Of a DNA stretch of 64,000 nucleotides, positions 8,407 to 17,931 are shown one piece after another; the first letter of the stretch is position 1, and the number at the start of each line of letters is the position of its first letter. A program made the translations under genes and the position numbers. A model generated the notes under the pieces. The model did not search any database. It was not told the origin of the DNA and saw only the letters and a program-made list of their open reading frames with translations. The stretch comes from Myxococcota bacterium (GTDB taxonomy: Bacteria > Myxococcota_A > UBA9160 > UBA4427): contig OZ252299.1 of NCBI GenBank assembly GCA_965250285.1, positions 2,560,001 through 2,624,000 of the forward strand. Reading direction: 5' to 3'.

Positions 8407-10009
8407 GAATGGTGACCGATACGATGCGATCGTGATCGGTGCGGGCATGGCGGGGATGTATCAGCTCCACCGCCTTCGCGAGCTGGGTCTCTCGGTGCGC
8501 GTCTTCGAAGCGGGTGCCGACGTGGGCGGGACCTGGTACTGGAACCGCTACCCCGGCGCGCGGTTCGACTCGGAAAGCTACAGCTACGGCTACTCCTTCT
8601 CGGACGAGATCCTGAGCGAGTGGGACTGGAGCGAGCACTTCTCTCCCCAGCCGGAGACCCTGCGGTACCTGAACTTCGTCGCGGACAAGCTCGACTTGCG
8701 CAGGGACATCCAGTTCGGCGCGCGAGTGACGGCAGCGACCTTCGACGATGCCGAAAGCTCCTGGCAAATCACGACCGAGGACGGCACCCACGCAGGGGCA
8801 CGCTTCCTGATCACAGCAGTCGGCCCGCTCTCGGCGCACACGCTCCCCGCCATCGAGGGCCGCGACAGCTTCGCGGGCCTGGCCTTTCACACCGCCCGCT
8901 GGCCGCATGAGCCAGTCGACTTCACAGACAAGCGTGTCGGGGTGATCGGGACCGGGGCCACCGGCGTGCAGGTGATCCAGGAGGTCGCCAAGACGGCCGG
9001 CCATCTCACGGTGTTCCAGCTTCAGCCGAACTTCTGTGCGCCTTTGCACAACAGCGCGATCGACGACGATGCCCAGACCGAGATCCGCGCGCGCTATCCG
9101 GAGATCTTCGAACAGTGCAATGCCTCGCTCGGCGGCTTTCTGCACGCCCCCGACCCCCGCTCGGCGCTCGAGGTTTCGCCCGAGGAGCGCGAGGCCTTCT
9201 GGGAGAAGCTCTACTCCGAGCCCGGATTCGGTATCTGGATGGGGAATTTCTGGGACATCCTCGTGAATGAGGAAGCCAACCGGCTTGCGAGCGAGTTCAT
9301 GGCCAGGAAGATCCGGCAGAGAGTCGAGGATCCCGAGGTCGCGGAGAAGCTGATTCCCAGGGATCACGGCTTTGGTACACGGCGGGTCCCTCTCGAGACG
9401 AACTACTACGAGGTCTACAACCAGACCAACGTCGAGCTGGTCGACCTCCGCGAGGATCCGATCGATCGGATAACGCCGTCCGGTGTGAAGACGCGCGAGG
9501 GGGAGTTCGATCTCGACATCCTGATCTATGCGACGGGCTTCGACGCGATCACCGGCGCCTTCGACCGCATCGAGATCCGCGGTGAAGCGGGAGGGACGCT
9601 CAAGGAGAAGTGGGCCGACGGCCCCCGGACCTACCTTGGCCTGCAGTCTGCGGGATTCCCGAATCTCTTGACCCTCGTCGGTCCGCACAACGCCGCCACG
9701 TTCTGCAACATCCCGCGCTGTATCGAGCAGAACGTCGAGTGGGTGACGGATCTGCTCCGCTACATGGGAGAGAACGGCCATGTGCGCGTAGCGCCGAGCG
9801 AACACGCCGAGGCCGACTGGACCAACCACGTCCACGAGGTCGCTTCGATGACGCTTCTGTCCAAGACCCCCTCGTGGTTCACCGGCGCGAACCTCAATCT
9901 TCCCGACAAGAAGCAGACTTTCCTGGCCTATGCCGGTGGCTCTCCGGCCTACAGGGCGAAGTGCGAAGAGGTCGCTGCAGGCGGCTATTCCGGCTTCGTG
10001 TTCCGGTAG
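8399..10009 (+). CDS. Baeyer-Villiger monooxygenase (cyclohexanone/steroid monooxygenase family)
   Basis: GAGMAG, GGTWYWNRYPGARFD, BVMO fingerprint FAGLAFHTARWP, GTGATG, ATGF. Start placed at GTG 8399. Confidence 0.95.
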   Translation: MSENGDRYDAIVIGAGMAGMYQLHRLRELGLSVRVFEAGADVGGTWYWNRYPGARFDSESYSYGYSFSDEILSEWDWSEHFSPQPETLRYLNFVADKLDLRRDIQFGARVTAATFDDAESSWQITTEDGTHAGARFLITAVGPLSAHTLPAIEGRDSFAGLAFHTARWPHEPVDFTDKRVGVIGTGATGVQVIQEVAKTAGHLTVFQLQPNFCAPLHNSAIDDDAQTEIRARYPEIFEQCNASLGGFLHAPDPRSALEVSPEEREAFWEKLYSEPGFGIWMGNFWDILVNEEANRLASEFMARKIRQRVEDPEVAEKLIPRDHGFGTRRVPLETNYYEVYNQTNVELVDLREDPIDRITPSGVKTREGEFDLDILIYATGFDAITGAFDRIEIRGEAGGTLKEKWADGPRTYLGLQSAGFPNLLTLVGPHNAATFCNIPRCIEQNVEWVTDLLRYMGENGHVRVAPSEHAEADWTNHVHEVASMTLLSKTPSWFTGANLNLPDKKQTFLAYAGGSPAYRAKCEEVAAGGYSGFVFR

Positions 10010-10060
10010 ACGCCACGGTGGTACAGGCCCCAGACCCGGGGCGAAACGGAGGAGAAGCAC

Positions 10061-11398
10061 TTGATCGAGTGGGCCGAGGTCGCGCGGGATGAGGGCGGCC
10101 TGCGCATCTACCGGATCGACGCGGAGTCGAGCGGGGTCCCGGGAGCGGGAACGGGTCGCCACGTGCCGAATCCGCTGGAGCTCATCCTCACGCACTTCGA
10201 CACACCGACGGCGAGGCTCCTGCAGGATGATTTCACGGGAGCCGGCGCCGCCGTAGGAGCCAGCTCGTTCTCAGTCGCCTGCCACGTGATCTCGCTACCC
10301 GGCGCCTTCGTGGTCGTGGATTCGACCTATCGGACTACGGCGGGGGAGATCTTCCCCGCCGTTCTCGAGCGCATCGCGAGAGCCGAGGGTCGTAGCCTTC
10401 ACGAGCGGCCGATTCAGGTCCTCTATACACACGCGCACTTCGACCACGCTGGCGGGCACCAGGCGGTCGAAGCCATGGGGAGTGATGTCGAAGTCATCGC
10501 ACATCCGGCAACAGCCGAACTGATGCCGCTGGTCAGCCGGCGGGAGTCCTTCCTCAAGACGAGGGCACCGTTCCTGCGTGATTGTGAGATCCGCGCCGAG
10601 GTCGACGAGCTGGCGGACCGGATTCGGGCGCACTATGTCGAGTTGGCAGAGAAGGCGGGCGTCGATCTCGAGAGCGCGCCGTGGGGCAGTGTGGATGACG
10701 GCCCGCTCCGGGTCGATCGAGAGATCGAGCCCGGTGGCGGGACGGTCGAACTGGCTGGAGGGCGTATCGAGGTCCTTCAGTTCGAGGGGCACATCCCCGG
10801 GCATCTGTGCGTACGCATCGATCGCCGACACCTCGTCACGGGAGACATGTGGCTTCCCGCAACGACGTCCTTGGTCACACCGGGATCCACGGCGTCTCAG
10901 GCGGAGATCGCCGCCGAGCGCTGCGGAGTGCTGCGTTACCTCGAATCGAGCGAGCGCTTGCTCACGCTGGAAGTCGACTCCGACATCGCGTACCCGAGTC
11001 ACGAGATCATCTACCGGAATCCGAAACGGATGGCGTTGCGCGATCTCGAGATCTTCGCTGAGCGCCTCCCGCTGATCGAAGCGGTGGTCCGTCAGCACGA
11101 AGAGGTGCCCATGCGCGCGCTCGATCTGGCTTGGGGAGGACCGGAGCGGCTGCCGATCTGGAAGGTCGAGGGGAGCGTCATGCGGCTGGTGGTGGCGCAC
11201 GACGAGGCCAGTGCATGGGTAGAGGATCTCGTGGCCCTCGGCGATCTCCGCGAGGTGGAGCCCGAGCGCTATGTGGCGACGGGTACGCGAGCGCTTGCAT
11301 TGCGGATGGAGTCCGCCCTCGAGAGTGCGAGGACGAACCACGGCCATCTCGAGTTCCGAAGCCGCGGACGGGAACCACATACGGGGGCTCATGACTAA
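10061..11398 (+). CDS. MBL-fold metallohydrolase
   Basis: THAHFDHAGG, GHIPGH, VTGD, PSH motifs. Start uncertain. Confidence 0.85.
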   Translation: MIEWAEVARDEGGLRIYRIDAESSGVPGAGTGRHVPNPLELILTHFDTPTARLLQDDFTGAGAAVGASSFSVACHVISLPGAFVVVDSTYRTTAGEIFPAVLERIARAEGRSLHERPIQVLYTHAHFDHAGGHQAVEAMGSDVEVIAHPATAELMPLVSRRESFLKTRAPFLRDCEIRAEVDELADRIRAHYVELAEKAGVDLESAPWGSVDDGPLRVDREIEPGGGTVELAGGRIEVLQFEGHIPGHLCVRIDRRHLVTGDMWLPATTSLVTPGSTASQAEIAAERCGVLRYLESSERLLTLEVDSDIAYPSHEIIYRNPKRMALRDLEIFAERLPLIEAVVRQHEEVPMRALDLAWGGPERLPIWKVEGSVMRLVVAHDEASAWVEDLVALGDLREVEPERYVATGTRALALRMESALESARTNHGHLEFRSRGREPHTGAHD

Positions 11399-11454
11399 TG
11401 GCAGATGCACTCTTGACTTTGAAACCCTGCACCTCGCGATAGGAGCTACGACCC

Positions 11455-12531
11455 ATGGAGCAAACGGTCTACAGCCAGGATGAGATCCTCGCGGAGCATG
11501 ATTTCGCAGAGAAGCTGAGCCACGACGGCCGCCCGATCCACGGCGGGCTGGATTCGGGAAGCCGATACCTTCCTCCGCGCTCGCTCAACCGGATCGACGC
11601 AATCCGCGCCTGGTCGAAGCAAGTCACTGCGGCCGGTCACAAGCTCGACGTCATGGACCGCAAAGCGGTGATCGAGATGTTCGAGTTCTTCCCGACCGTC
11701 GACCAGGCGAAGCTGCTGCTGGAGAACGGCTGCGACGACGCGATGACACGCCTGCTGACCATGATCGGCATCGTGGAGGGCTTCGGAAACGATGGCATCA
11801 AGCTCATGCCGGAGCTGGACATGACGGACTACTTCGTAGAGTCGGTCGAGGGCACTTGCCTCGATCACCTACACAGGGGCCTTCTCGTCGCCCACGGCCT
11901 CGACGAAGCCGGCTCGGAGCACGAGAGCGGGCACGACGAGATGTGGTTCGCGATTCGTGATGTCGCACTCGATCGTCCGAATGTGACGGACGACATGTTC
12001 GAGAACCTTCCGATTGCGCCGCCGCCTGGATACAGCGGGAGGGCCAAGCCGGCTCCCGAGGCGCTTAAGGTGGGCGATACAGTGGAGCGGCTCTTCCCCA
12101 GCCTGGACCCGGCCCTGGAATTGACGCTACGCGGTCTCGCCCAGATCCTGCTCGTGGAGCTCGGCGCCTACAAGACGTTCGCATGGGCTCGGGAGGTGCT
12201 CGCCGATCCGAAGGCCTCGTCAGCCCCCGAGTGGGCGCCGCAGATGGTGGACTGCATCCAGGCCGACGAGGACATCCACGTCAACTATCTGGAGTGCGCT
12301 CTGGCCGAGGCGCGTGCCCGCACCTTCCTTGGCGCGGATGGCGAGAAGATCCCGGGCCCTGTGGTCATCGACCGCATCTGCGAGGCGGCCCTCGAGCGGC
12401 AGAGCGGCGAGCGCATGCAGCGCATGATGGCACACCGGTACCGCAACATCCTCGATGAGCTGGAGGGGCGGGCCGACGGTCGCCAGATCCTCCGCGAGTT
12501 CCAGGCGCTCGGCCCGGTGCCCGCGCTGTAG
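11455..12531 (+). CDS. Hypothetical protein, probable ferritin-like (diiron) fold
   Basis: Strong ORF with RBS; Glu/His motifs IVEGFG, HGLDEAG...GHDEMW, IQADEDIH. Confidence 0.6.
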   Translation: MEQTVYSQDEILAEHDFAEKLSHDGRPIHGGLDSGSRYLPPRSLNRIDAIRAWSKQVTAAGHKLDVMDRKAVIEMFEFFPTVDQAKLLLENGCDDAMTRLLTMIGIVEGFGNDGIKLMPELDMTDYFVESVEGTCLDHLHRGLLVAHGLDEAGSEHESGHDEMWFAIRDVALDRPNVTDDMFENLPIAPPPGYSGRAKPAPEALKVGDTVERLFPSLDPALELTLRGLAQILLVELGAYKTFAWAREVLADPKASSAPEWAPQMVDCIQADEDIHVNYLECALAEARARTFLGADGEKIPGPVVIDRICEAALERQSGERMQRMMAHRYRNILDELEGRADGRQILREFQALGPVPAL

Positions 12532-12627
12532 AAGGGAGTCTCCCAACAACGCGCCGCAGCGAGCACCTACGATCGTGCGGCCCCTGCGCGGCCGGCACGC
12601 GCCATGCCTGATATCTGGAGGAAACCC

Positions 12628-13950
12628 GTGACCGACTACCTCGACTACGACCCCTTCCGTCGCGATGTGCAGCTCGACCCCTATCCATACTACGCAGCGT
12701 TGCGAGAGCACGCTGCGGTCCATCGAGTGGAGTCGTCCGACGCCTGGGCGGTCTCGCGCTACGACGACGTTCACCACGTGCTCACGCACCCCGAGATCTT
12801 CTCTTCAGGTGCCCTGCAGACCTTTCTCGGAGGGAGCATCCTCGAGACCGTCAATCGGGGGCCGCTGCGATTCCTGTCCCATCCCAGCATGGGCCGGCTC
12901 GCACGTAGGGTCGGGAACGTGTACCGCGCGTTCGGCCGGCGCGCGCCCCCGTTCGAGTTCGTGCAGGCCTTCCTCTCGAGTCGAGCGGTGATCAGCGCCG
13001 ATCCGCCGGACCACACACGGCTACGGCACCTGGTGAATCGCGGGTTCACACCGCGACGAATCGCAGCGCTGGAGCCGCGCATTCGAGAGATTGCCCGCAA
13101 CTGCCTCGACAAGCTGGAAGGCCGCGATGAAATGGACCTCATGCGTGACTTCGCCATCCCGCTGCCCGTGACGGTCATTGCGGAGGTGCTGGGTGTGCCC
13201 GAGGACCGCTTCGGAGACTTCAAGCGCTGGTCTGATGCCGTCGTGCAAGGCGTCAGTCTGGGCGATGCAGACGCGGCACGCGCGCCGATTGGCGTCATGC
13301 TCGAGTTTGCACGATATCTCGAAGGGCTGATCGAGGAGCGTCGTGCGCATCCCGCCGATGATCTCGTGAGTGTGCTCGTCCGCGATGAGGCCGGGGGCAA
13401 GCTGGATGCCAACGAGCTGATGCTCTTCCTGATCGTGATGCTCGTGGCGGGCAACGAGACGACGACCAACCTGATCGGCAACGCGATCCACCTCCTGCTC
13501 GACCGCCCTGACGACCTCGCGGCAGTCGAGGCCGATGCGAGCCTCGTGCCGGGACTCGTAGAAGAGTCGCTCCGCTACGTGTCGCCGATCCAGATGCTGC
13601 CGCGCACCGCCCTGTGCGATACGGAGATCGCAGGAACGAAGATCCGTGAAGGCGAGAACGTATTGGTGCTCTTCGCATCCGCGAACCGCGACTCGCGGAA
13701 GTATCCCAATGGAGATGAGTTCGAGCTGCGCCGAAACCCGAAGGAGCATGTGGCCTTCGGCTTCGGGATCCACTTTTGTCTCGGCGCGTCCCTGGCTCGG
13801 CTGGAGGGCCTGGTCGCGTTCGAGGAGCTGTTCGCGCGAATGCGCAACCTGCGCCGCGCATCCGGCGAGGTGAGCTTTCTCGAGAGCGGCATCCTGCGCG
13901 GGCCCAAGACACTGCCCGTCGCCTTCGATCGTCCCCGTGCGGCGGCATGA
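12628..13950 (+). CDS. Cytochrome P450 (4 of 5)
   Basis: AGNETT, ESLR, FGFGIHFCLG; GGAGG before GTG 12628. Confidence 0.96.
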   Translation: MTDYLDYDPFRRDVQLDPYPYYAALREHAAVHRVESSDAWAVSRYDDVHHVLTHPEIFSSGALQTFLGGSILETVNRGPLRFLSHPSMGRLARRVGNVYRAFGRRAPPFEFVQAFLSSRAVISADPPDHTRLRHLVNRGFTPRRIAALEPRIREIARNCLDKLEGRDEMDLMRDFAIPLPVTVIAEVLGVPEDRFGDFKRWSDAVVQGVSLGDADAARAPIGVMLEFARYLEGLIEERRAHPADDLVSVLVRDEAGGKLDANELMLFLIVMLVAGNETTTNLIGNAIHLLLDRPDDLAAVEADASLVPGLVEESLRYVSPIQMLPRTALCDTEIAGTKIREGENVLVLFASANRDSRKYPNGDEFELRRNPKEHVAFGFGIHFCLGASLARLEGLVAFEELFARMRNLRRASGEVSFLESGILRGPKTLPVAFDRPRAAA

Positions 13951-13999
13951 AGATCGATACTGATTGCGGCCGACCTCTAGCGCCGCGAGGAGAACGCTG

Positions 14000-15259
14000 A
14001 TGAGTGCGTCTACCACAGGACTATCGCAACCCTCTCCTGGGCCCGAAGACTTCAGCCTGCTGGCACCTGAGGTTCGCGAGAATCCCTATCCCTACTACGC
14101 CGCGCTACGACGCGAGTCGCCGATCCACCAGCTGGTCCCGGGGGCGCCGCTCTACGCGATCACACGCTACGAGGACGTTCTCCACATTCTCCATCACCCG
14201 GAGATCTTCTCGTCTTCGGCGTTGCAGGCAGCGCTTCAGGGGGGCGGGATCGGCATCGGCCCGAACAGTGGCGCGCTCGCCGACCACCGGCTGCTTCGCG
14301 CGAAGATGATGATCGCGACCAATCCGCCCGACCACGGGAGGCTGCGCCGGCTCGTCAACCGCGGCTTTACGCCGCGCCGCATCGCAGACCTCGAGCCGCG
14401 GATTCGGGAGTTGGCGACGCGCTTCCTCGACTCGGCCATCGACGATGGTGAGCTCGAGCTCGTCCGCGGCCTCTCGATCCCCCTGCCGGTGACGGTCATC
14501 GCCGAGATGCTGGGCGTCGAGGCGGACCGGACAGAGCAGTTCAAGGCGTGGTCGGACGCCTTCGTGATCGGCCTCTCGGGCGCAGCGGGCGAGTACACGA
14601 AAGACGACATTCGCAGCGCGGCCGACGAGATGGCCGACTACATCGAGCGGATTGCGGCCGAGCGACGAGCGAGTCCGCGGGACGACCTCATCAGCGTCCT
14701 CGTGCAGGCCGAGGGCGGCGACGCGCTATCGACCGGCGAGGTGATGGCATTCGTGGTGCTGCTTCTGATTGCGGGGAACGAGACCACGACCAACCTGATC
14801 GGTAACGGAGTCAAGGCACTCCTCGCCCATCCCGAACAGCTCGAGCGAGTGCGCGCGAATCCCGATTTGGTGCCCGCGCTGGTCGAGGAGGTGGTTCGCT
14901 ACGACTCGCCGATCCAGGCACTGCCGAGATCGACCGATGCCGACGCCGACCTTCCGAGCGGGACGGTGCCCGCAGGCTCGACGATGCTGGTGTTCTTCGC
15001 ATCGGCGAACCACGACGAGAGCCAGTTCCCGCAAGCCGAGCACTTCGATGTCGGGCGACCCGCGCCCGGACACGTCGCCTTCGGGCACGGCATCCACTAC
15101 TGCCTGGGTGCGTCGCTCGCGCGTCTCGAGGGGAAGGTCGCCTTCGAGACGCTCCTCCAGCGTTGCCGCAAGATGGAGCTGGCTGCGGATTCGATCCCGA
15201 TGCTCGACTCGCTCGTGCTGCGGGGCCCGAAGTCCCTTCGACTCCGGGTCGAGGAGTGA
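14000..15259 (+). CDS. Cytochrome P450 (5 of 5)
   Basis: AGNETT, EVVR, FGHGIHYCLG. Confidence 0.96.
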   Translation: MSASTTGLSQPSPGPEDFSLLAPEVRENPYPYYAALRRESPIHQLVPGAPLYAITRYEDVLHILHHPEIFSSSALQAALQGGGIGIGPNSGALADHRLLRAKMMIATNPPDHGRLRRLVNRGFTPRRIADLEPRIRELATRFLDSAIDDGELELVRGLSIPLPVTVIAEMLGVEADRTEQFKAWSDAFVIGLSGAAGEYTKDDIRSAADEMADYIERIAAERRASPRDDLISVLVQAEGGDALSTGEVMAFVVLLLIAGNETTTNLIGNGVKALLAHPEQLERVRANPDLVPALVEEVVRYDSPIQALPRSTDADADLPSGTVPAGSTMLVFFASANHDESQFPQAEHFDVGRPAPGHVAFGHGIHYCLGASLARLEGKVAFETLLQRCRKMELAADSIPMLDSLVLRGPKSLRLRVEE

Positions 15260-15260
15260 C

Positions 15261-16013
15261 GTGCCATTGAGCGATGGATCCGATGACGCGCGGAGCGCGA
15301 TCCTCGAGAGGATCGCGCGCTTTCGCACGATGGACGAGGAGGTCCCGCCGGTCTGGCAGGCGAAGCGGGACCTCGCGGCATCCGTGCGGGAGCTGCTGGA
15401 CTGCATCTGCGCGACAGACGCCGGGGAAGCCAACCTGCGGGATGCGTCGAGTGCGATTCGCGAGATGGCAGAGCGATTTGCGAAGACCCCACGCATGACC
15501 GATCCACCCGGCGTGGCCGAGACTGCACTCGCGGCGGGGGGAACGTTCTCGGGCATGGAGACGTTCCACGACCGGAGCCCGGTGGTCGGCCGCTCGAACC
15601 CGATCGCCCCGCCGCTGCATCTCGTTCCGGACGCCGAGACGGGCCTCGTGACCGGTACCGGCTTCTTCGGCAACGCCTACGAGGGCGCGCCCGGGTGCGT
15701 GCACGGGGGATTTCTGGCCGCGGCCTTCGACGAGCTGCTCGGGATGGCCTGCATCTTCTCGGGCAACCCCGGGATGACCGGTACGCTGGAGATCCGCTAT
15801 CGGAGCCCCACGCCCGTCCGCACGGAACTTCGCTTCGAGGGACGGCTCGACCGGATCGAGGGGCGCCGGATCCTCACGAGCGGAGGCGTGTGGGCCGGCG
15901 AGGTCCTGTGTGCGGAGTCGACCGGGGTCTTCGTGTCGATCGATGTCGGCAAGTTCCAGGAGCTGAACGAGCAGCGGCGCCGGCGCCTCGAAGAGGGGGA
16001 GGCAGGCGCCTAG
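15261..16013 (+). CDS. PaaI/hotdog-fold thioesterase with N-terminal helical extension
   Basis: NPIAPP, YEGAPGCVHGGFLAAAFDE, TGTLEIRYRSPTP. Confidence 0.88.
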   Translation: MPLSDGSDDARSAILERIARFRTMDEEVPPVWQAKRDLAASVRELLDCICATDAGEANLRDASSAIREMAERFAKTPRMTDPPGVAETALAAGGTFSGMETFHDRSPVVGRSNPIAPPLHLVPDAETGLVTGTGFFGNAYEGAPGCVHGGFLAAAFDELLGMACIFSGNPGMTGTLEIRYRSPTPVRTELRFEGRLDRIEGRRILTSGGVWAGEVLCAESTGVFVSIDVGKFQELNEQRRRRLEEGEAGA

Positions 16014-16189
16014 GCGACGCGTCGGCCCGGTCGGCGGCTCCGCCCATTCCCGGCGCCGTCGCTGATCGCGTCGACCGGGTACTCCGCCGCAGCACAGCCA
16101 GGACCCGACTCGGCCGCTCGCTGGTCATGCGTGTGCCTTCTAGATGCGCTATTTCCTTTAGAGTAATACTGATTCTGTCACGAGAAGCC

Positions 16190-16840
16190 ATGACATCGGA
16201 ATCTCGAAAATCGGGCGGAAGGCGTCTCGAGCGCCGAGAGATGGAGGCCGCTCTTCGCCGCGCCCACGTGCTCGATGCCGCAGCCGCCGAGTTCGCGGAG
16301 AAAGGCTTCGATGGTGCCCAGGTCGGTGCGATCGCAGCCCGTGCCGAGGTCTCCCTCGCCACCGTCTACGCGCTGTTCGACTCCAAGGAAATCCTCTTCG
16401 AGTCGGTCATCGAGAAGACTGCCCACGCCATCCGAGACACGGTCCGCAGCAAGGTGGAGGGCATCCCGGATCCGCGGGAGCGACTTCTCGCGCTCGTCGA
16501 CGCGCTATTCGCTTGCTTTGCCGAGAATCAAGACCTGCTTCGCATCTACGCGCGGGGTACGCATGGGCTTCCCTGGCGGATTCGACAGTCGATGGGCGAC
16601 CGGGCCCAGTCGATCTTCGCAAGCTTCGCCGAGTGGGTCCGGAGCCTGACGACCGAAGCCACCGCCACGGGGTCGCTCCGAGGCCTCGATGCGGACGCGC
16701 TCGCGCTGACGTTGATCGGCTCGGTGACGACTGCTGCCGCGGCGGCCGTCGAGGGAACGACCGCTCAGTCCCTGGAGGTCACCGCCGGCCACGTCCGGGC
16801 CGTCTTCGAACGTCTCATCGATGCGGGAGTCGCGAAGTGA
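16190..16840 (+). CDS. TetR/AcrR family regulator
   Basis: VLDAAAAEFAEKGFDGAQVGAIAARAEVSLATVYALFDSKE. Confidence 0.92.
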   Translation: MTSESRKSGGRRLERREMEAALRRAHVLDAAAAEFAEKGFDGAQVGAIAARAEVSLATVYALFDSKEILFESVIEKTAHAIRDTVRSKVEGIPDPRERLLALVDALFACFAENQDLLRIYARGTHGLPWRIRQSMGDRAQSIFASFAEWVRSLTTEATATGSLRGLDADALALTLIGSVTTAAAAAVEGTTAQSLEVTAGHVRAVFERLIDAGVAK

Positions 16841-17931
16841 GGCCGGCCCTCGTTCTCCTGGCCTTCGCCCTGGTCGCGTGCGGAGGGGGCGAGACCGCGC
16901 CGACGGCCGAATCCCGCACCGGCCCGGAGCCGGTCTCCGTCGCGATCACCCGCGTCGATCGGGATTCGATCGTTCGGACCCTCGTCGGCACGGGGACTCT
17001 CGCCGCGCATAAGACGACCGACGTCGGGCCACGCGTGACGGGCATCATCGAAGAGATCCTCGTGCGGGTCGGCGACCGCGTCGATGCGGGGGCGCCGCTG
17101 TTTCGAACGCGATCGTCGGACTACGAGATCCGGGTACGCCAAGCGCGCGCGCAGGCGCGGCTCGCTCGTGCCGAGGCCGCGAGAATGGAGCGAGAGCTCC
17201 GCCGGATCGAGAAGCTCCATGCAGATGGAGTCGCGTCGGAAGGCGGGCTCGACGAGGCTCGGACGGCGTTCGAGACGACCGCCGCGCGACGAGATGCCGC
17301 TGCCGCTGCGCTCGCCGAGGCGGAGCAGAACCTGAAAGACACCGAGGTCACTGCACCCTACACGGGTGTGATCACGCACCGCTACGTGGATGAGGGTGCG
17401 ATGATGAGCACGATGATGAGCGCCACGTCGAAGGTCGTGCAGATCATGAAGATCGACGTGGTCGCCGCGATCGTGCAGGTGCCGGAGGTTCATCTCTCGC
17501 AGATCGGGGTCGGCACTCCTGCCCGCGTCACGGTCGACGGGGTGTCGGGTGTGTTCGAAAGCCAGGTCCACATCCTGAACGATCGCGTCGATCATCGCTC
17601 GCGCGCGGTCGAGCTGCGGCTTGGCATCCCCAATCCCGACTACACCTTGAAGCCAGGGCTCTTCGTGCGCGCGGAGCTCATCCCTCCTCCGCGTGAGGTC
17701 TTGACGGTGCCGCGCGAGTCGGTGCTCGGCCCCCCCGACGCCCGTTACGTGTTCGTCGAGGAGGACGGCGTCGCTCGGCGCCGTGCCGTTGTGGTACGCG
17801 AGCTGGATACCCGACGGATGGAGGTCGTCGAGGGACTCGTTCCCGGCGACGACGTGATCGGTGGCCCGCGACTTTCGCTGGTGTCCGACGGCGCGCCGGT
17901 CGAGTCGGAGGTGCCTCTTGCGGATCGCTGA
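16837..17931 (+). CDS. RND efflux periplasmic adaptor (MFP), lipoprotein
   Basis: Lipobox LVAC; VRVGDRVDAGAPL, VTAPYTGVI, LKPGLFV; GTGA overlap with TetR. Confidence 0.92.
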   Translation: MRPALVLLAFALVACGGGETAPTAESRTGPEPVSVAITRVDRDSIVRTLVGTGTLAAHKTTDVGPRVTGIIEEILVRVGDRVDAGAPLFRTRSSDYEIRVRQARAQARLARAEAARMERELRRIEKLHADGVASEGGLDEARTAFETTAARRDAAAAALAEAEQNLKDTEVTAPYTGVITHRYVDEGAMMSTMMSATSKVVQIMKIDVVAAIVQVPEVHLSQIGVGTPARVTVDGVSGVFESQVHILNDRVDHRSRAVELRLGIPNPDYTLKPGLFVRAELIPPPREVLTVPRESVLGPPDARYVFVEEDGVARRRAVVVRELDTRRMEVVEGLVPGDDVIGGPRLSLVSDGAPVESEVPLADR

